From Corallochytrium limacisporum Hawaii (Eukaryota; Protista; Pluriformea), in contig PDIP01000012.1 in NCBI GenBank assembly GCA_002811645.1, forward strand, positions 178,452-242,451: a DNA stretch of 64,000 bases, in the 5' to 3' direction. Shown here one piece after another: positions 23,737 through 35,292 of this stretch. The notes beneath the pieces are model-generated. The model made no database searches and was not told the origin of the DNA. It saw nothing but the letters and a program-made list of their open reading frames with translations. Position numbers and translations under genes: made by a program. Within the stretch, counting starts at the first letter, position 1; the number at the start of each line of letters is the position of its first letter.

Positions 23737-25545
23737 ATGGGAAAGAAGAAAAAGGGAAAGAAGAAGCAACTCAAGCCAGAAGAGGTGTTCGAGAAACTGA
23801 TTGACAACCTACAGAAGCACTATGCGCGGGAAATAAGAAAAGCAGTGAAGGATCAGAATCACTCACTCCTTGATGAGACATTCTTGACGACCTTTACGGG
23901 CACTGATGCTGACAACCCACTTCTACAAACTGTCAAGAATGAAGTATGTCAGCGTCTCGGACTACACTCCTTCTCGGCTTGCGTGATCTGCAACGCTCAG
24001 GTTTGTCTAAATTCTGCCAAGGAAATAAACCAGCCCGTGTCCGCTCCGCAAGTAATTCGAGAGGGAAATTTGGAAATGTCGGAGTCCGTAAAAGAAGCAC
24101 AAATCACCGACGAAGCTTTTGAGAAATCATGTATTGCAGACATGGAGGAGGACCGGAAGTCCTTCCCAGCTGACGACTACGAAAAGAATATTGCCAATGA
24201 CCCAGATGTGATCCCAGAGCAAGGGGGTCAGAAGAACAGTCCATGCCTAGCGAGCTTTGATCTCTTTAATACTCTTCCGTTCTTGGGATCTCGAACAGTT
24301 GAAAAACTCTCCCTTACACCTACAACGGTTTCATTCAAAGACAACATTGTCGTCTTCTGTAACTTTCATGAGGTGTTTGTTTGCGAGCTGCGGGAGCAAT
24401 CTATGTGTCCAATCGCTGCATTGGATCTGCGGAACGACAGCCGCATTGGAAACATTAAGCCAGCAGCCGTCCTGGCCAGTGATCCCGCTTGTGTCTATGT
24501 CTTCTTGGAGCACCCAACGGCAGAGGGAAGTATATTGTGCTGGATGTTTGACAAAGGTGTCGTAGAGATCAGAAAATTGGCTTCGATTGAGAAGCCTGAT
24601 GTGCAAAGCACCATTATTAACATTGTTGAACCGCGGCGAAAGACCAACAGCACTACTGAAGAGGATCGTATGGTGTTCTTGGTCGTCAAGGACATACCTG
24701 ATCCGATGTTGAATCCAAGCCGTGAGATGGGATACCGAATTTTGCCTATCAAATGGGGCAACAAACATATGCTGTTCTCCCTTGAATCCCTTCACGTGCC
24801 ATGGATGATCAAGAGCATCGAGAAGATTGGTATGGCAGTCCACTCGGATGCTGAACACGCGGTAACAGGAGGCTATGACATTACGGAGAGCAATTTCATG
24901 TATGCATTTGGTTCGGGCTACCTTGCTGTCTGGCACGTAGAGGGCAATCGAATCACACGCGTCCATGAATTGAATCTGGACCCCCTAGTGTCATCATATA
25001 TTCACGGATCTCTGATCAACTTGATGGTCATTCCGAAGGAAGATGATCCTGCAAAAGTACAGGAGCTAGTAGGCCTCGTTGCGCACAAGGAAGGTGCCGA
25101 TGTGGTCTTGCTTCCCTGTGTGGCACCGTCGACACCATCAGGAAATCCTGCTGGAAGCCAGGACGCTACCGCGCACTACTCTCTATTACACTACGTGCGT
25201 TGCTGTCCCTGCGACCACAAGAGCCAAGATGCCTACCATGGCCTCCATGTCATCACTATGACACCCCAGTTGGTAATCCTTCACTGTCAATCCACCGCCA
25301 TGGCCTACTTCTACGATGTAAAGCAGAGCATTCCAATCGGGAACGTGCCCCTTGCAAACGACTGTGAGTTGCTGGTGACTGGCAGTCCGGGCCATCTTGT
25401 TGCGCTTTGGGACAATCATTTGCATGTATATAGTTGCCATCATGGCATGACTGATGAGGAACAACAAGCCAATGGCGAGCACATGGATACTGATGGTCCC
25501 GAAGAGTCCAAGGAACAGATCACGACATCCGTGACCGTGCCATAG
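23737..25545 (+). CDS. Hypothetical protein; basic N-terminus, C-terminal region likely a divergent beta-propeller
   Basis: 602-aa ATG ORF with KKKKGKKK NLS-like start and repeated short hydrophobic strands ending in W/F-D-like residues (LAVWHV, YFYDVK, VALWD). Confidence 0.8.
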   Translation: MGKKKKGKKKQLKPEEVFEKLIDNLQKHYAREIRKAVKDQNHSLLDETFLTTFTGTDADNPLLQTVKNEVCQRLGLHSFSACVICNAQVCLNSAKEINQPVSAPQVIREGNLEMSESVKEAQITDEAFEKSCIADMEEDRKSFPADDYEKNIANDPDVIPEQGGQKNSPCLASFDLFNTLPFLGSRTVEKLSLTPTTVSFKDNIVVFCNFHEVFVCELREQSMCPIAALDLRNDSRIGNIKPAAVLASDPACVYVFLEHPTAEGSILCWMFDKGVVEIRKLASIEKPDVQSTIINIVEPRRKTNSTTEEDRMVFLVVKDIPDPMLNPSREMGYRILPIKWGNKHMLFSLESLHVPWMIKSIEKIGMAVHSDAEHAVTGGYDITESNFMYAFGSGYLAVWHVEGNRITRVHELNLDPLVSSYIHGSLINLMVIPKEDDPAKVQELVGLVAHKEGADVVLLPCVAPSTPSGNPAGSQDATAHYSLLHYVRCCPCDHKSQDAYHGLHVITMTPQLVILHCQSTAMAYFYDVKQSIPIGNVPLANDCELLVTGSPGHLVALWDNHLHVYSCHHGMTDEEQQANGEHMDTDGPEESKEQITTSVTVP

Positions 25546-25600
25546 AGAAAGTGCTTTAAAGAACATATTACATTATTCACACATCCTAAAACATTTACCA

Positions 25601-26431
25601 TTACTGCTTCGAGGCTGCTTTCTGTGAAAGCCCTTGGAGATTATAGCGTGCCTTGATGGTATCTACATCCGCTGCTAGTATGCTGACACATGCCGCAGCC
25701 TTCACGATGTGTACGTAAAGCATGTGCCTGGGAGCTTTCAGGTCCACCCTGTGCGGCTTCTCCGGCAGTAGTTTGCCAACCTCGGCGATGAACTCACCCT
25801 TACTGGTTCGCACTGCGTCGTTATTGGCGGTATGCCAGCGGATTGCGTACGTGGTTGGCTCCTTGGCGTCAGCCTTTAGACTCACCCAGTGTGGTAGTAC
25901 ATTCGTCCGCGTCAGTCCCACCAGGGTCCGTAGGACGGCCTCGCAGGTCAATTGCACTGGGTAGAGATTACGAATATGCTGAATTCCCCGGGTGCCGCTC
26001 CGTACCATTTCAATGATCGCCTCACATATGTTGATCGCTTCAGTGCCCTGGCATCGTCCTAAGCTGTAGAATATCGTGCCTGCCGTGCCTGTGTCGATAT
26101 ACCCTGTGTAGTTTGGTGGTCCTTCCGGATCTTTGACTGCTGCTTTTTCTTCAGCATTTTTCTTAATCGGCTTTATGGCGTCGGTCGCCAGCAGTTCACT
26201 GAGCTCTGTAATGCATTTCGCTTCCCGACCGAGGCCACAGGTCACGAGTATCCCCGAGCACTGGGTTAGTAGACAACTGTGTTTCTTCAAGTGTGCGCGT
26301 TTGAAAGCCCCTCGATGAAAAGGAATTGAGCCGGTGAGTTTGACTCTCTTTGTCAAATTGGATTCTGAAGGATCTGTAGACGATTCTTCTTTCCGTTTCC
26401 GTCCGGTGGCCTCTTCACTTGACTCTGCCAT
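25601..26431 (-). CDS. THUMPD1: THUMP domain protein 1 (Tan1-like tRNA acetylation adaptor)
   Basis: GILVTC...E.KC..E...LL N-terminal motif and HRVDLK.P...L.V.IVK...CVSIL....K.RYNL C-terminal motif. Confidence 0.8.
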   Translation of the reverse strand: MAESSEEATGRKRKEESSTDPSESNLTKRVKLTGSIPFHRGAFKRAHLKKHSCLLTQCSGILVTCGLGREAKCITELSELLATDAIKPIKKNAEEKAAVKDPEGPPNYTGYIDTGTAGTIFYSLGRCQGTEAINICEAIIEMVRSGTRGIQHIRNLYPVQLTCEAVLRTLVGLTRTNVLPHWVSLKADAKEPTTYAIRWHTANNDAVRTSKGEFIAEVGKLLPEKPHRVDLKAPRHMLYVHIVKAAACVSILAADVDTIKARYNLQGLSQKAASKQ

Positions 26432-26446
26432 CTTGATGTGTCTTGT

Positions 26447-26544
26447 CTATCAAACGTCAGATGTATGAATGTGCTCTTCTTCCTGCTTATTCACATCTCG
26501 CAGTTGATCTGAACATAGAATTACGTGCAATGTTGAACACATAC
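26447..26544 (-). other. Candidate 5'-UTR intron of THUMPD1
   Basis: Minus-strand GTATGT donor (26544), CTGAC branch (26460-26456) and TAG acceptor (26447), 15 nt before the ATG. Confidence 0.55.
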
Positions 26545-26805
26545 GATGGGCGCTTGCTTGTTCGTCAGATCCTAAAATACATTGGGCAGTGAACTGGCTA
26601 CTTGTGGCCCGTGTAGGTCCGGGCGTTGGCATAGATCACCCACGAAGCTTCACCCACGGGGAAGGGTAGAGGAATTAGCGGGCGGAGAGAGGGAGAATAT
26701 AGGCCCCCATCTGCGTGTGTAATTTGACATACCGTTCCCCAACTTCCGTGAAACCCGGGGTCCCACCCAAACCCTCCTCTCCTCTCAAGGGCCTTCTTTC
26801 CACGC

Positions 26806-26885
26806 GGGTCTCGCGCGGACCTGGAGCGCACAAAGGGAAAATGAGGCCAGGCCACTCATGCGAGGCGCGAGGACGGTGGGTCTCA
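26806..26885 (+). promoter_or_regulatory. Paired GGGTCTC(A/G) motifs in the THUMPD1/GNL3 bidirectional promoter
   Basis: GGGTCTCG at 26806 and GGGTCTCA at 26878. The same motif recurs upstream of other genes (23599, 49239, 49263, 51114). Confidence 0.45.
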
Positions 26886-26995
26886 TGCGACACTTTCTAA
26901 TCATCATTTGCAGTTTCATTTGCGGCGTCTGTGGCCACGACCTGATCATGTATCCTTCAATGAAGATGAACTATACTATAATCCCACAAATCTAG

Positions 26996-27061
26996 GTACT
27001 TCATGACCGCATAAGCCTGTTTCGCTAACAACGCTGCCACCCCTTCTAATGTCCTTACTAG
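26996..27061 (+). other. Candidate 5'-UTR intron of GNL3
   Basis: AG|GTACTT donor (26996), GCTAAC branch (27024), pyrimidine tract and TAG acceptor (27061). Confidence 0.45.
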
Positions 27062-27209
27062 TCTCTACGGGAAATACAATTCTACTACTACAGGACACAC
27101 ATGTAGATTTGGTTCGCAAGGTTTTGTTAAGAGATCGTTAATGGCCGGAACAAAGGCATATGAAGAGAAGAGTTTCCGAAAATAACTAGTATACATACAA
27201 CCATTCACC

Positions 27210-29219
27210 ATGGTGCCTAAGAAAACAAACTCGAAGCGAATGAGCACGCGGCAACGCGCAAAGATCGACAAGAAGATCAGGGAACACAAGCGCAAGCAGC
27301 GTAAGGAGCAGCGGAAAAATCCAAGCATGCATAGGAAGAAGAAGAAAGAGGATCCTGGAATTCCCAACCTCTGGCCTTTCAAGCAACAGCTGCTCGGTGA
27401 GCGCGAGGAAATGAAGCAAAAAATGGAAGAACAGAAGCGCCGACAGATGCAGCAACGAAAGGCCCTGGTTAAGAAATTGAAGGCTGAGGGAAAAGGTGAC
27501 ATCGACGCACTAGCTGCTGTGGCAGATCGCAAGCGCCGTCTGTTTGATGTGTATAAGGATGGACGCGGCGAGGTCATGGGAGCGCTCGACCACGATGGAG
27601 TCCGCGACAAGGGCGCGGATCGCCTGGCGGCTGTTAGTGAGGGCTCTCGGAAAGCCTTTTTCAAGGAGGTCCGTAAAGTTTTGGATGCCTGTGATGTCAT
27701 TCTGGAGGTTCTAGACGCTCGCGACCCTATCGGATGTCGTTGCATTGAGATGGAAGAGATGATTCAGCTCAAGCCGGACAAAAAGCTCGTAATCATTCTT
27801 AATAAGATCGATCTCGTGCCCCGCGAGAGTGTTGAGGGCTGGCTCAAGTACCTACGAAAGTCCTACCCCACCCTGGCTTTCAAGGCGAACACCCAGGAGC
27901 AGAAGACCAACAAGACTAGCAGCAAGGTCAGTCTGGAAAAAGCTAACGACAGTATCTTGAAAGGTGGAGCGGCATTGGGTACCGATATGCTAATGAAATT
28001 ACTCAAGAACTACTGCCGCAATGCGGGCATCAAGACCGCTATCAGTGTAGGTGTGATAGGTTACCCCAATGTTGGCAAATCGTCCCTGATTAATAGTCTG
28101 AAGCGCAGCAAGGCTGTGTCGGTGGGTGCCACTCCCGGTGTGACGAAACAGGCTCAGGAGATCTTCCTGGACAAGCATATCAAGCTCTATGACAGTCCTG
28201 GTGTCGTCTTCAGCAGTAACTCCACACGTGGAGGTCGATACACTACGGATGCGGACATTCTTTTGCGCAATGCCGTAAAGATCGAGCAAATTGAGGATCC
28301 TATACCGGCTGTGGAGGTCATCCTGTCCCGATGCAATCGAATGAACATCATGGAACGATACAACATCCCCGAGTACCGTGATGCCCACAGTTTCCTAGCC
28401 CTGATTGCTCGCAAGCGTGGCAAGCTGCGCAAGGGAGGCGTGCCCGACATTGTCGCAGCCGGTAAGTTGATCCTCCAGGACTGGAATGCTGGTCGCATTC
28501 GTTTCTACACCGTCCCACCAGAAGAGGATGAAGAAACTCAGGAGGAGCAGGCTCAGCTCCTAAGGGAAGCCCAGGCCCAGGAGACGGCCGTTGCCCAAGA
28601 CAAGGGTAAGGTCCTTAGCGGTTACTCCAAGGAATTCGACTTGGCCGGTCTGCTAGACGAAGAGGAGGACATTCTTAAGGGATTGAAGAGCACACAGGAC
28701 AAGGACTTTGATGGCATGGTGATGCAGGCTGCGCCTGCCGTGGAAGCTGACAATGCCATGTATGATGAGGACGGTGATGAAGCCATGTATGACGACGATG
28801 ACGACGACGATGAAGATGTGGATGACATGGCGGATGAAGATGAAGATGAGATCATGGCACAGAAGCCCAAGAAACGCCAACGCCTCGCCGAGACCATGCA
28901 GATCGACGTCTCTGCCGGCTCCAAGAAGGCCAAGAAGCAAACTGCTCATCGCAACAATGGTACCGCCGCATTGGATGACGAGGACGAGGATGCTCTCGAG
29001 ATCAACCAGCAACGCAACCGCAGCTTGAAGCGCAGTCAGAAAATCGCCAAGCGCGACCGTTCCCGTGCTGCTGCGCGGACCAATGTGGTACACCTTTACC
29101 AAGACTCAGCCGTTGAAGCCGCTGGCGACTCTGGTATGGTTGGGGAGGATGCGTACGACTTTGGCGTCGACTACGTCGTGATGGACGACGGCGCTGACAG
29201 TGATGGTGACGACTTCTAA
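27210..29219 (+). CDS. GNL3: Nucleostemin/Nug1-family circularly permuted GTPase (60S biogenesis)
   Basis: KKEDPGIPNLWPFK N-terminal motif, EVLDARDP, NKID (G4), GYPNVGKSS (G1), DSPG (G3), GKLRKGGVPD, and an acidic C-terminus. Confidence 0.93.
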   Translation: MVPKKTNSKRMSTRQRAKIDKKIREHKRKQRKEQRKNPSMHRKKKKEDPGIPNLWPFKQQLLGEREEMKQKMEEQKRRQMQQRKALVKKLKAEGKGDIDALAAVADRKRRLFDVYKDGRGEVMGALDHDGVRDKGADRLAAVSEGSRKAFFKEVRKVLDACDVILEVLDARDPIGCRCIEMEEMIQLKPDKKLVIILNKIDLVPRESVEGWLKYLRKSYPTLAFKANTQEQKTNKTSSKVSLEKANDSILKGGAALGTDMLMKLLKNYCRNAGIKTAISVGVIGYPNVGKSSLINSLKRSKAVSVGATPGVTKQAQEIFLDKHIKLYDSPGVVFSSNSTRGGRYTTDADILLRNAVKIEQIEDPIPAVEVILSRCNRMNIMERYNIPEYRDAHSFLALIARKRGKLRKGGVPDIVAAGKLILQDWNAGRIRFYTVPPEEDEETQEEQAQLLREAQAQETAVAQDKGKVLSGYSKEFDLAGLLDEEEDILKGLKSTQDKDFDGMVMQAAPAVEADNAMYDEDGDEAMYDDDDDDDEDVDDMADEDEDEIMAQKPKKRQRLAETMQIDVSAGSKKAKKQTAHRNNGTAALDDEDEDALEINQQRNRSLKRSQKIAKRDRSRAAARTNVVHLYQDSAVEAAGDSGMVGEDAYDFGVDYVVMDDGADSDGDDF

Positions 29220-29393
29220 GCCTAATACGTAAGAGTGGGATAAAGAATGTTTTGATTTGTTACATGTTACATTGTTTAGTTCTAAAATACCTTTCGCTTG
29301 TGTAGAAGTGATCGTAAACGCATTCCTTGACGAGTAGAACAAATCGGGGTATAAGGCCTCTGTCAGTTGCATCCTTCACTTTCGCAATGGTAC

Positions 29394-30410
29394 TCACATG
29401 ACATACCCCATGCCAAAGGTCATCTTGATGCGGTCAAAGAACTGAGCCCTCCAACCTGACCGCGTCTCTTCCTCTTCCGACATTGGCACTCCAGTCTGCT
29501 TCATGGTCAGCACCGTCCGGTCGTCCAACTGTTTGAAGGTCATGACCACGTTGCTGTGATGGCCCTCGTGCCACGATCCAAGGCGCCACTGCATGCCAAT
29601 TTGTTTTCCGGGTTCTAAAGTTGTGAATACACCACTAACGTTGCCATGGAGGAATTTGAACTCACCACCGACCTCATTTTTAAGCTCTGCAGGTGCCTGG
29701 GTATAGGCCTGGATGCGTTCTGGCTCCACGAAGCACTTGTACAGCTCATCTGCAGGCGCACTAAACTCAATCGTCTCTTCGATGGTCACCACTGAGCTTA
29801 CAGTGCTTTTCGCCTTTGTCTTGAGCGGCGATCCCAAAGTCTTTTCGTTCCTCTGAGCGGCAGGAGAGGCACCATTGCTGCCAGCACTGTCGGCGCCTGC
29901 CTTCGGGGTCGGTTTGATCAGTGTCGAACTGTATGACTCCTTCAGTTCCTTCAGCCATTCCGTGATCGCAGACACGACGAGCTTGGACCCTTCCTTGGCC
30001 ATCACATCCCGCAGTTTACGTCCTGCTGGAGAAGAATCGGACGTTGAAACTTCGAAATCGACCTCGTCCGGGTCGTTTTCTTCGCTGAGGTTGGGGATCT
30101 TCCAAGTGCCCTTGACTTCATCGTCCCCCAACTTTCCTTTCCATTTCCCGTCAAGGACGAATTCGTAGAAGAAGATGAGCTTACCCTTTCGCTGGTTGGC
30201 AGTGGCTTCACCGTCAATGGAGTCGATGGTAGAGATCCCTGCAGTGCCAGAGTCACCTTTGTCAATGCTGATGTTGAGCAGCACTTCCTTAAGCTTGGAT
30301 TTGCTCCACGGTGTGCAGTTCTTCTCCGTCCAGTGCCAGTTGTTCACGTTGGTGGCATCGTCACGCTTCTCAACGATCCAGCGCGAGTCGCCTTCACCCC
30401 ACTTGGCCAT
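29394..30410 (-). CDS. AHSA1: Activator of Hsp90 ATPase (Aha1)
   Basis: MAKWGEGD.RWIVE.R.DATNVNNWHWTE (NxNNWHW motif), RKGKLIFFYE, and a C-terminal START-like domain. Confidence 0.97.
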   Translation of the reverse strand: MAKWGEGDSRWIVEKRDDATNVNNWHWTEKNCTPWSKSKLKEVLLNISIDKGDSGTAGISTIDSIDGEATANQRKGKLIFFYEFVLDGKWKGKLGDDEVKGTWKIPNLSEENDPDEVDFEVSTSDSSPAGRKLRDVMAKEGSKLVVSAITEWLKELKESYSSTLIKPTPKAGADSAGSNGASPAAQRNEKTLGSPLKTKAKSTVSSVVTIEETIEFSAPADELYKCFVEPERIQAYTQAPAELKNEVGGEFKFLHGNVSGVFTTLEPGKQIGMQWRLGSWHEGHHSNVVMTFKQLDDRTVLTMKQTGVPMSEEEETRSGWRAQFFDRIKMTFGMGYVM

Positions 30411-31887
30411 GTTTGGAAAGTAAGCTAAGCTCGAAGCGCCTAATGAACCGCTCTAAATTGGTTTAACACACAGACCCGACACAGATAAACACTCGCAATA
30501 GAATCCGACGTGCGTTTCATACCTCCTTGCTTACAAACACATTAACAAGTGAAAGCTATGTGACGCAGTGGTCAGCTTGACAAGGAAACATAAGCGAACA
30601 AACGTGTCCTCAAAACGAAGGTCTAACAGAGAGAAAGAAAACACTTGAAGGTCACAAGAAAGCAGACCGTGAACGGCCAGCGGCAATGTAGTTCAACGTC
30701 CGTGTGGGGACCTTGCCCAAGCGGTCCGTCGAAACTTTGTGTTCGCGAACACAAGGCCCTCCCCTTCTGCCCGGTTCATTCGGTACCAGTCTGACGCACC
30801 ACACAGCCACTTCCTCGCCTTTCGCAGCAAGCTACAGTAAACCTCCTAGGGCGCTCTTGCCCAGTCGTCGTTCTGCGTTTGATCGCATTCGCATGCCGCT
30901 GACTGCGAAGTGGTGGTCCTGCATACATAATGTATAGACACCGTTGGTTCACTCCACACCTGTGTGTATGAACTCGAGGACCCCGGTGGGGAGAAAGTAA
31001 TTCCGAAACTGTGGCAAAAGGGGGAGGAGGTGAGGCGCCTTGCTCTACTCGGAGAAATAAAAGACGTCCGGATATGAATAAAGCTGGAACGTGGTGGGAA
31101 TGGCCGATGTGCCTCGGTCGGAGCACGTTCCGTGTTTAATCTGCACTCAGGTGTCGCAGAATGCGCTACACGAGCATGTTTGTGTGAGGTCATTCTGGAG
31201 CCGGTGAAGGTGACTGGTGACGAGGAGAGCAAAACAATGAGAACTGGCAAACAGTCTTAAGTCGATCAAGTCCATCCTCCCCTTTGTCGTGGATGGTCCG
31301 ATCTCCGACAGAACAGGACTTAAAGCAGGCTGGCAAATTGATGTCAATGATCAAGTATTATATATGATGTTATAAAGGCTGGGATGCAGCCCACGATGAC
31401 CGAGATGGGCCTGATTCTGAACCCGTGCATTCTTGACAAACCCGTGCGATGATGGACTTCGCGATCTATGTGTGGCACTCATATGGACGGGTTGAAATAC
31501 ACCGATCTAGATACCATCTCGGTATGTCCGTTTGTTTGTTAGTGTCCATGGGACATGTTGGCCTTTCATACCAGACGCAGATGCTGCACGATGAGACAAT
31601 GGGTGATAGGAGGAAAACCTTGAGAGTCTGCATGGACCATGGACTCAAGCAGAACCAAAGAACAGAGTCCATGCCATGCGACACACACTCCTTCAAAATA
31701 CCTCCAATCACGTCAAATTCCGCCGCCTCTTGCGTGTTGCGTTTCTGTTTGCTTTCAAGATACAAGATACCCTATTGTATCTTTTTCTTTATTTCTGGTG
31801 GAAACTCGACACGTCTCATATGTGATCAGCGAAGAGAGCACAGAATTCCCTCTTCTATTTTGTTTGGACTACAGAACAGGTCACAGT

Positions 31888-32199
31888 TTAAGCGCAAGAG
31901 GCCTTCAGGTAGGCGATCAGGTCCTTGCGGTCCTTCTCCTTCTTCAGACCAGCGAACACCATCTTGGTGCCAGGAATGTACTTCTTGGGGTTCAAGAGGT
32001 ACTCGAACAGGGTGTCCTCGCTCCAGACAATACCCTTGTTCAGGTTAGCAGCGGAGTAAGTGTAGCCCTCAGCCTGACCAGTCTTGCGACCGAACAGACC
32101 GTGCAAGTTGGGGCCGGTCTTGTGCTTACCGCCAGCCTCGACGTTGTGGCACTGAGAGCAGCGCTGCTTGAAGATCTTGGCTCCGTTAGCCTCAGACAT
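31888..32199 (-). CDS. CYCS: Mitochondrial cytochrome c
   Basis: CSQCH heme-binding motif, [27 protein letters not shown] at 32199, 103 aa. Confidence 0.99.
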   Translation of the reverse strand: MSEANGAKIFKQRCSQCHNVEAGGKHKTGPNLHGLFGRKTGQAEGYTYSAANLNKGIVWSEDTLFEYLLNPKKYIPGTKMVFAGLKKEKDRKDLIAYLKASCA

Positions 32200-35100
32200 G
32201 TTTGCTTGCTTAAGTGACTCAGCTATAAAGACTCCTCGTCTATGATGCTTACTAGCACGAGCAAGATATATGTTTCCATTGCATGTACGATGCTTCAAAC
32301 ACCTTCACGTGTGGTCATCCCCAGCACCTTCGGTGTTTCCTTTTCTAAACCAAGACACTCCAAAGAGCACACAAACAGACAAGAAGGCAAGCAAAAAATC
32401 TCGTGTCACGCTCCCCGAAACGGAACCAGGCGGAGCACAAATCACACGGCACGCACTCCCACTGCACACACGCACACGCACGCTGACACACACGAACATA
32501 CAGGCCTGAATAGCGGATCGCACCGCCGGAAGCTGTGTCTACCCCACTTCTGCCTCTCCACCCACCATTTCCCTTTTTTTTTTTGCCCCTTTCCTTTTTT
32601 TTCTCGTTTTCGGTTGGGCGGAGCTTTCCTTGTGGGGTCGCGGTCCAGCGGTGAGGAGGGAGGGGGTATCGCCACCCAAGGACATGCCACTGCTTCTCTC
32701 GAAAATAGAATCATGTGCGATCCTCTTGGCAATGGCAAAATGGGGACAAGAATTGGAGAACTGGCGAGCAGGGGCACGATGTCGTTGCCAAACATTCTCC
32801 ATCCTTTGGGCAACCAAACACTGTAGGTATGTGTGTGTGTGTGTTTGAACACTGTTTCAGATGGACGACCCGTCGCAATTGTCGCCGAGCTGTTCCCATC
32901 GTCAGTGGCACCTGAGAAAATGTTTCCCACCGGTGGACCAAGCCATCGGAAGCAGCAGGACCCGAGGGAGGGGGGGCGGTGGAGAAAGCTGATTGCGACC
33001 AACCAACCCAGGTTTGGTTCAAACCCCCCCCCCCCCTCCCCTCCCCCAAGGTCATGATGACCACTACCCCTCCCTTTGCCCTCCCTCCCGCCTTCTTCTT
33101 CTTTTTTTTTTCTTTCTTGTCATTTTTCCTCTTTTTCCCGGTTGGGGGAGTGCGAATGGAGATAAACTTTTGACCTGCGCTCCCCATCCTCAACAATCGT
33201 AGATCAAGGTCCAGGCCTATAAGGAAAAAAGGCCTGCCAGTGGTTTTGAAAAATTCTCGGTCGGGATGTGCCAGTTCTTTAATTGTGTACTACGGAAATT
33301 TTTTGTTTGTTACCCCCCCTGTGCCCGAAATAGCGGAGGACTGCCGGAAACATTTCCGTTCTCTCTCTTGTTTTTTCTTCTTCTTCCTTTCAATATTACC
33401 CAAATGCCCTTCGTAGGGCACGGGAACATTTTCAACGACAAAAAGTGCAGAGTGGGTGGCCGGTCTCGTGTAGACGGGATCTCCGTTTTCTCAAATTTTG
33501 TTTTTTTTCCTTATCCCTCTGTCCTTCGGTCCCCATTTTTTGTTTATGTGCGGTTGTGATGGTGAAACTACTGAGTTTCCAATTCTTAGTTGCTGAGGGC
33601 GGGTGAAAGCTCGGCCAAAGAATTTTTGCAGCACACCCCGTGTGCTTGGCTTGAGCCTGCGCGCCACACCGCTCGGCATTTGGCCGATGGTGAACGGTTT
33701 CCCTACCTTTCGGTTACCACCGCACCAAAAACGGCAGAGAGATCAGTACGGGCAGCGGCACTACCACACCAAAGAAAAATATAATCAAACGAGTGTTTCC
33801 TTGCCCCCCCCCCTCCTTCCCCCCAACACCCCTTGCTGAACCCCAATCACACCGGTCCCGATGGAAAATAAATATACGGTTAGTCTGTAATAAACTAATG
33901 ACTATTTTATAGAAATAAAATATGTACAAAACATAAATATTGTATACGGTAAGTTGAATATTCCGCGGTGTGCGGGGCCACGCGTTTTTTTCCAGGATTG
34001 GCCCCCCCCGGGGGGGGGGTGGAACGGAGGAGGGGAAGAAAATTTCAGTCCCCTCCCCTCTTATTTTCTCCTCCTTTTATACCTCTCCTTTTCCTGATCT
34101 ACTTTTTTTTTTTGTTTTCGTCTGGTTTTCACACACCTCCGGTTTACAATGCCAATTCGCGGACACGCCTTAGAATGCAGTCAGACTTCACAGCCGTGAT
34201 CTTCACTGGTGCGCCATGTGCGGGCCCAGCTGCCGGTGCTCCGAGGTACACCAGTCGTCTGGAGCGGCGTAATTCGCAGGAGGTCGCGGGGTTGGCGGAT
34301 TCATTCACAGAGACACACCGGAACCCAGGCCACGCGTGTCTGACAAAAAGTACACCGCCCCATCTGCAATCGATGGTGATAGCCGTAAAATACGTTTGGT
34401 ATATGTATGCTGTATGTACTCTTCGTGGAGAAGCCGTGATTGAAAGTCACATGTAGTGGGTGCTTTCTGTCATACGTATGCCGGACTCATTGCAACAATT
34501 TTGAAGCACGACACGCTGAAAGCGGCTAATGTTACGTCCATCTCTTGTGATTCGATGACCATTGTCCGGGATAGGTGTATGTTGATGTGTAACGGTGGAG
34601 ACCAAAGCAGTTATCATGGGAGACAATGACCATCAGCAAGGTAGTGCAGCATGTGACTGTAATTTCAGTATGATCCCAGGATCATTGTTCTTGGCGGGAT
34701 AAAAATTTGACCTACGGTGTTGTTGGGGCGCGCCCATTCATGTGTATGGGAGCGGATTGCCAATCCTGGTGGCCCTTTCGGTGGGTCTATGGTGTTTGGT
34801 CAACCGGCCTCCCTTGTCATTGAACACCATGCAGACATAATGCTAAAACCTTGCTCTCCGATTGCTCCGTCTCACACTGAAAGTCTGAGCTATACCATGG
34901 CAAAGGGGCGGACGCAACCCGGACTAAAGTACTCTCAAAGAAGCAATGGTGCACTGGCATTGAAATGAATCATAAATCTACAGCGATGCTCACTGAAAAT
35001 GCATATGAACCCAAATCAAATCATGACACTTTTTCTGTGATGTCTCAGTATGGAACAGCATCTGTTCCAACTCGGTTTGATTGCCACTGCCATTCGCCAC

Positions 35101-35292
35101 CTCAGAGAAAACCAAACGGGCCACGGAGTGTCGAGGGGGGGGCCTTGCATGGCACCACGGTCCGCACGGACTTGTGACGTTCGAGCCACTTGCAGTTTGC
35201 AGGGTACTTATAGCCTAGATTTAAGAACTGGAGATGGTCTGCACAGTATCTATACTTGCTGGTAGACAGATAGAATTGAACATAAAGGAAAC

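Noticed and set aside
32200-32298. 33-aa extension of cytochrome c
   Set aside because: Starts at TTG; cytochrome c has no presequence, and ATG 32199 gives the normal length.
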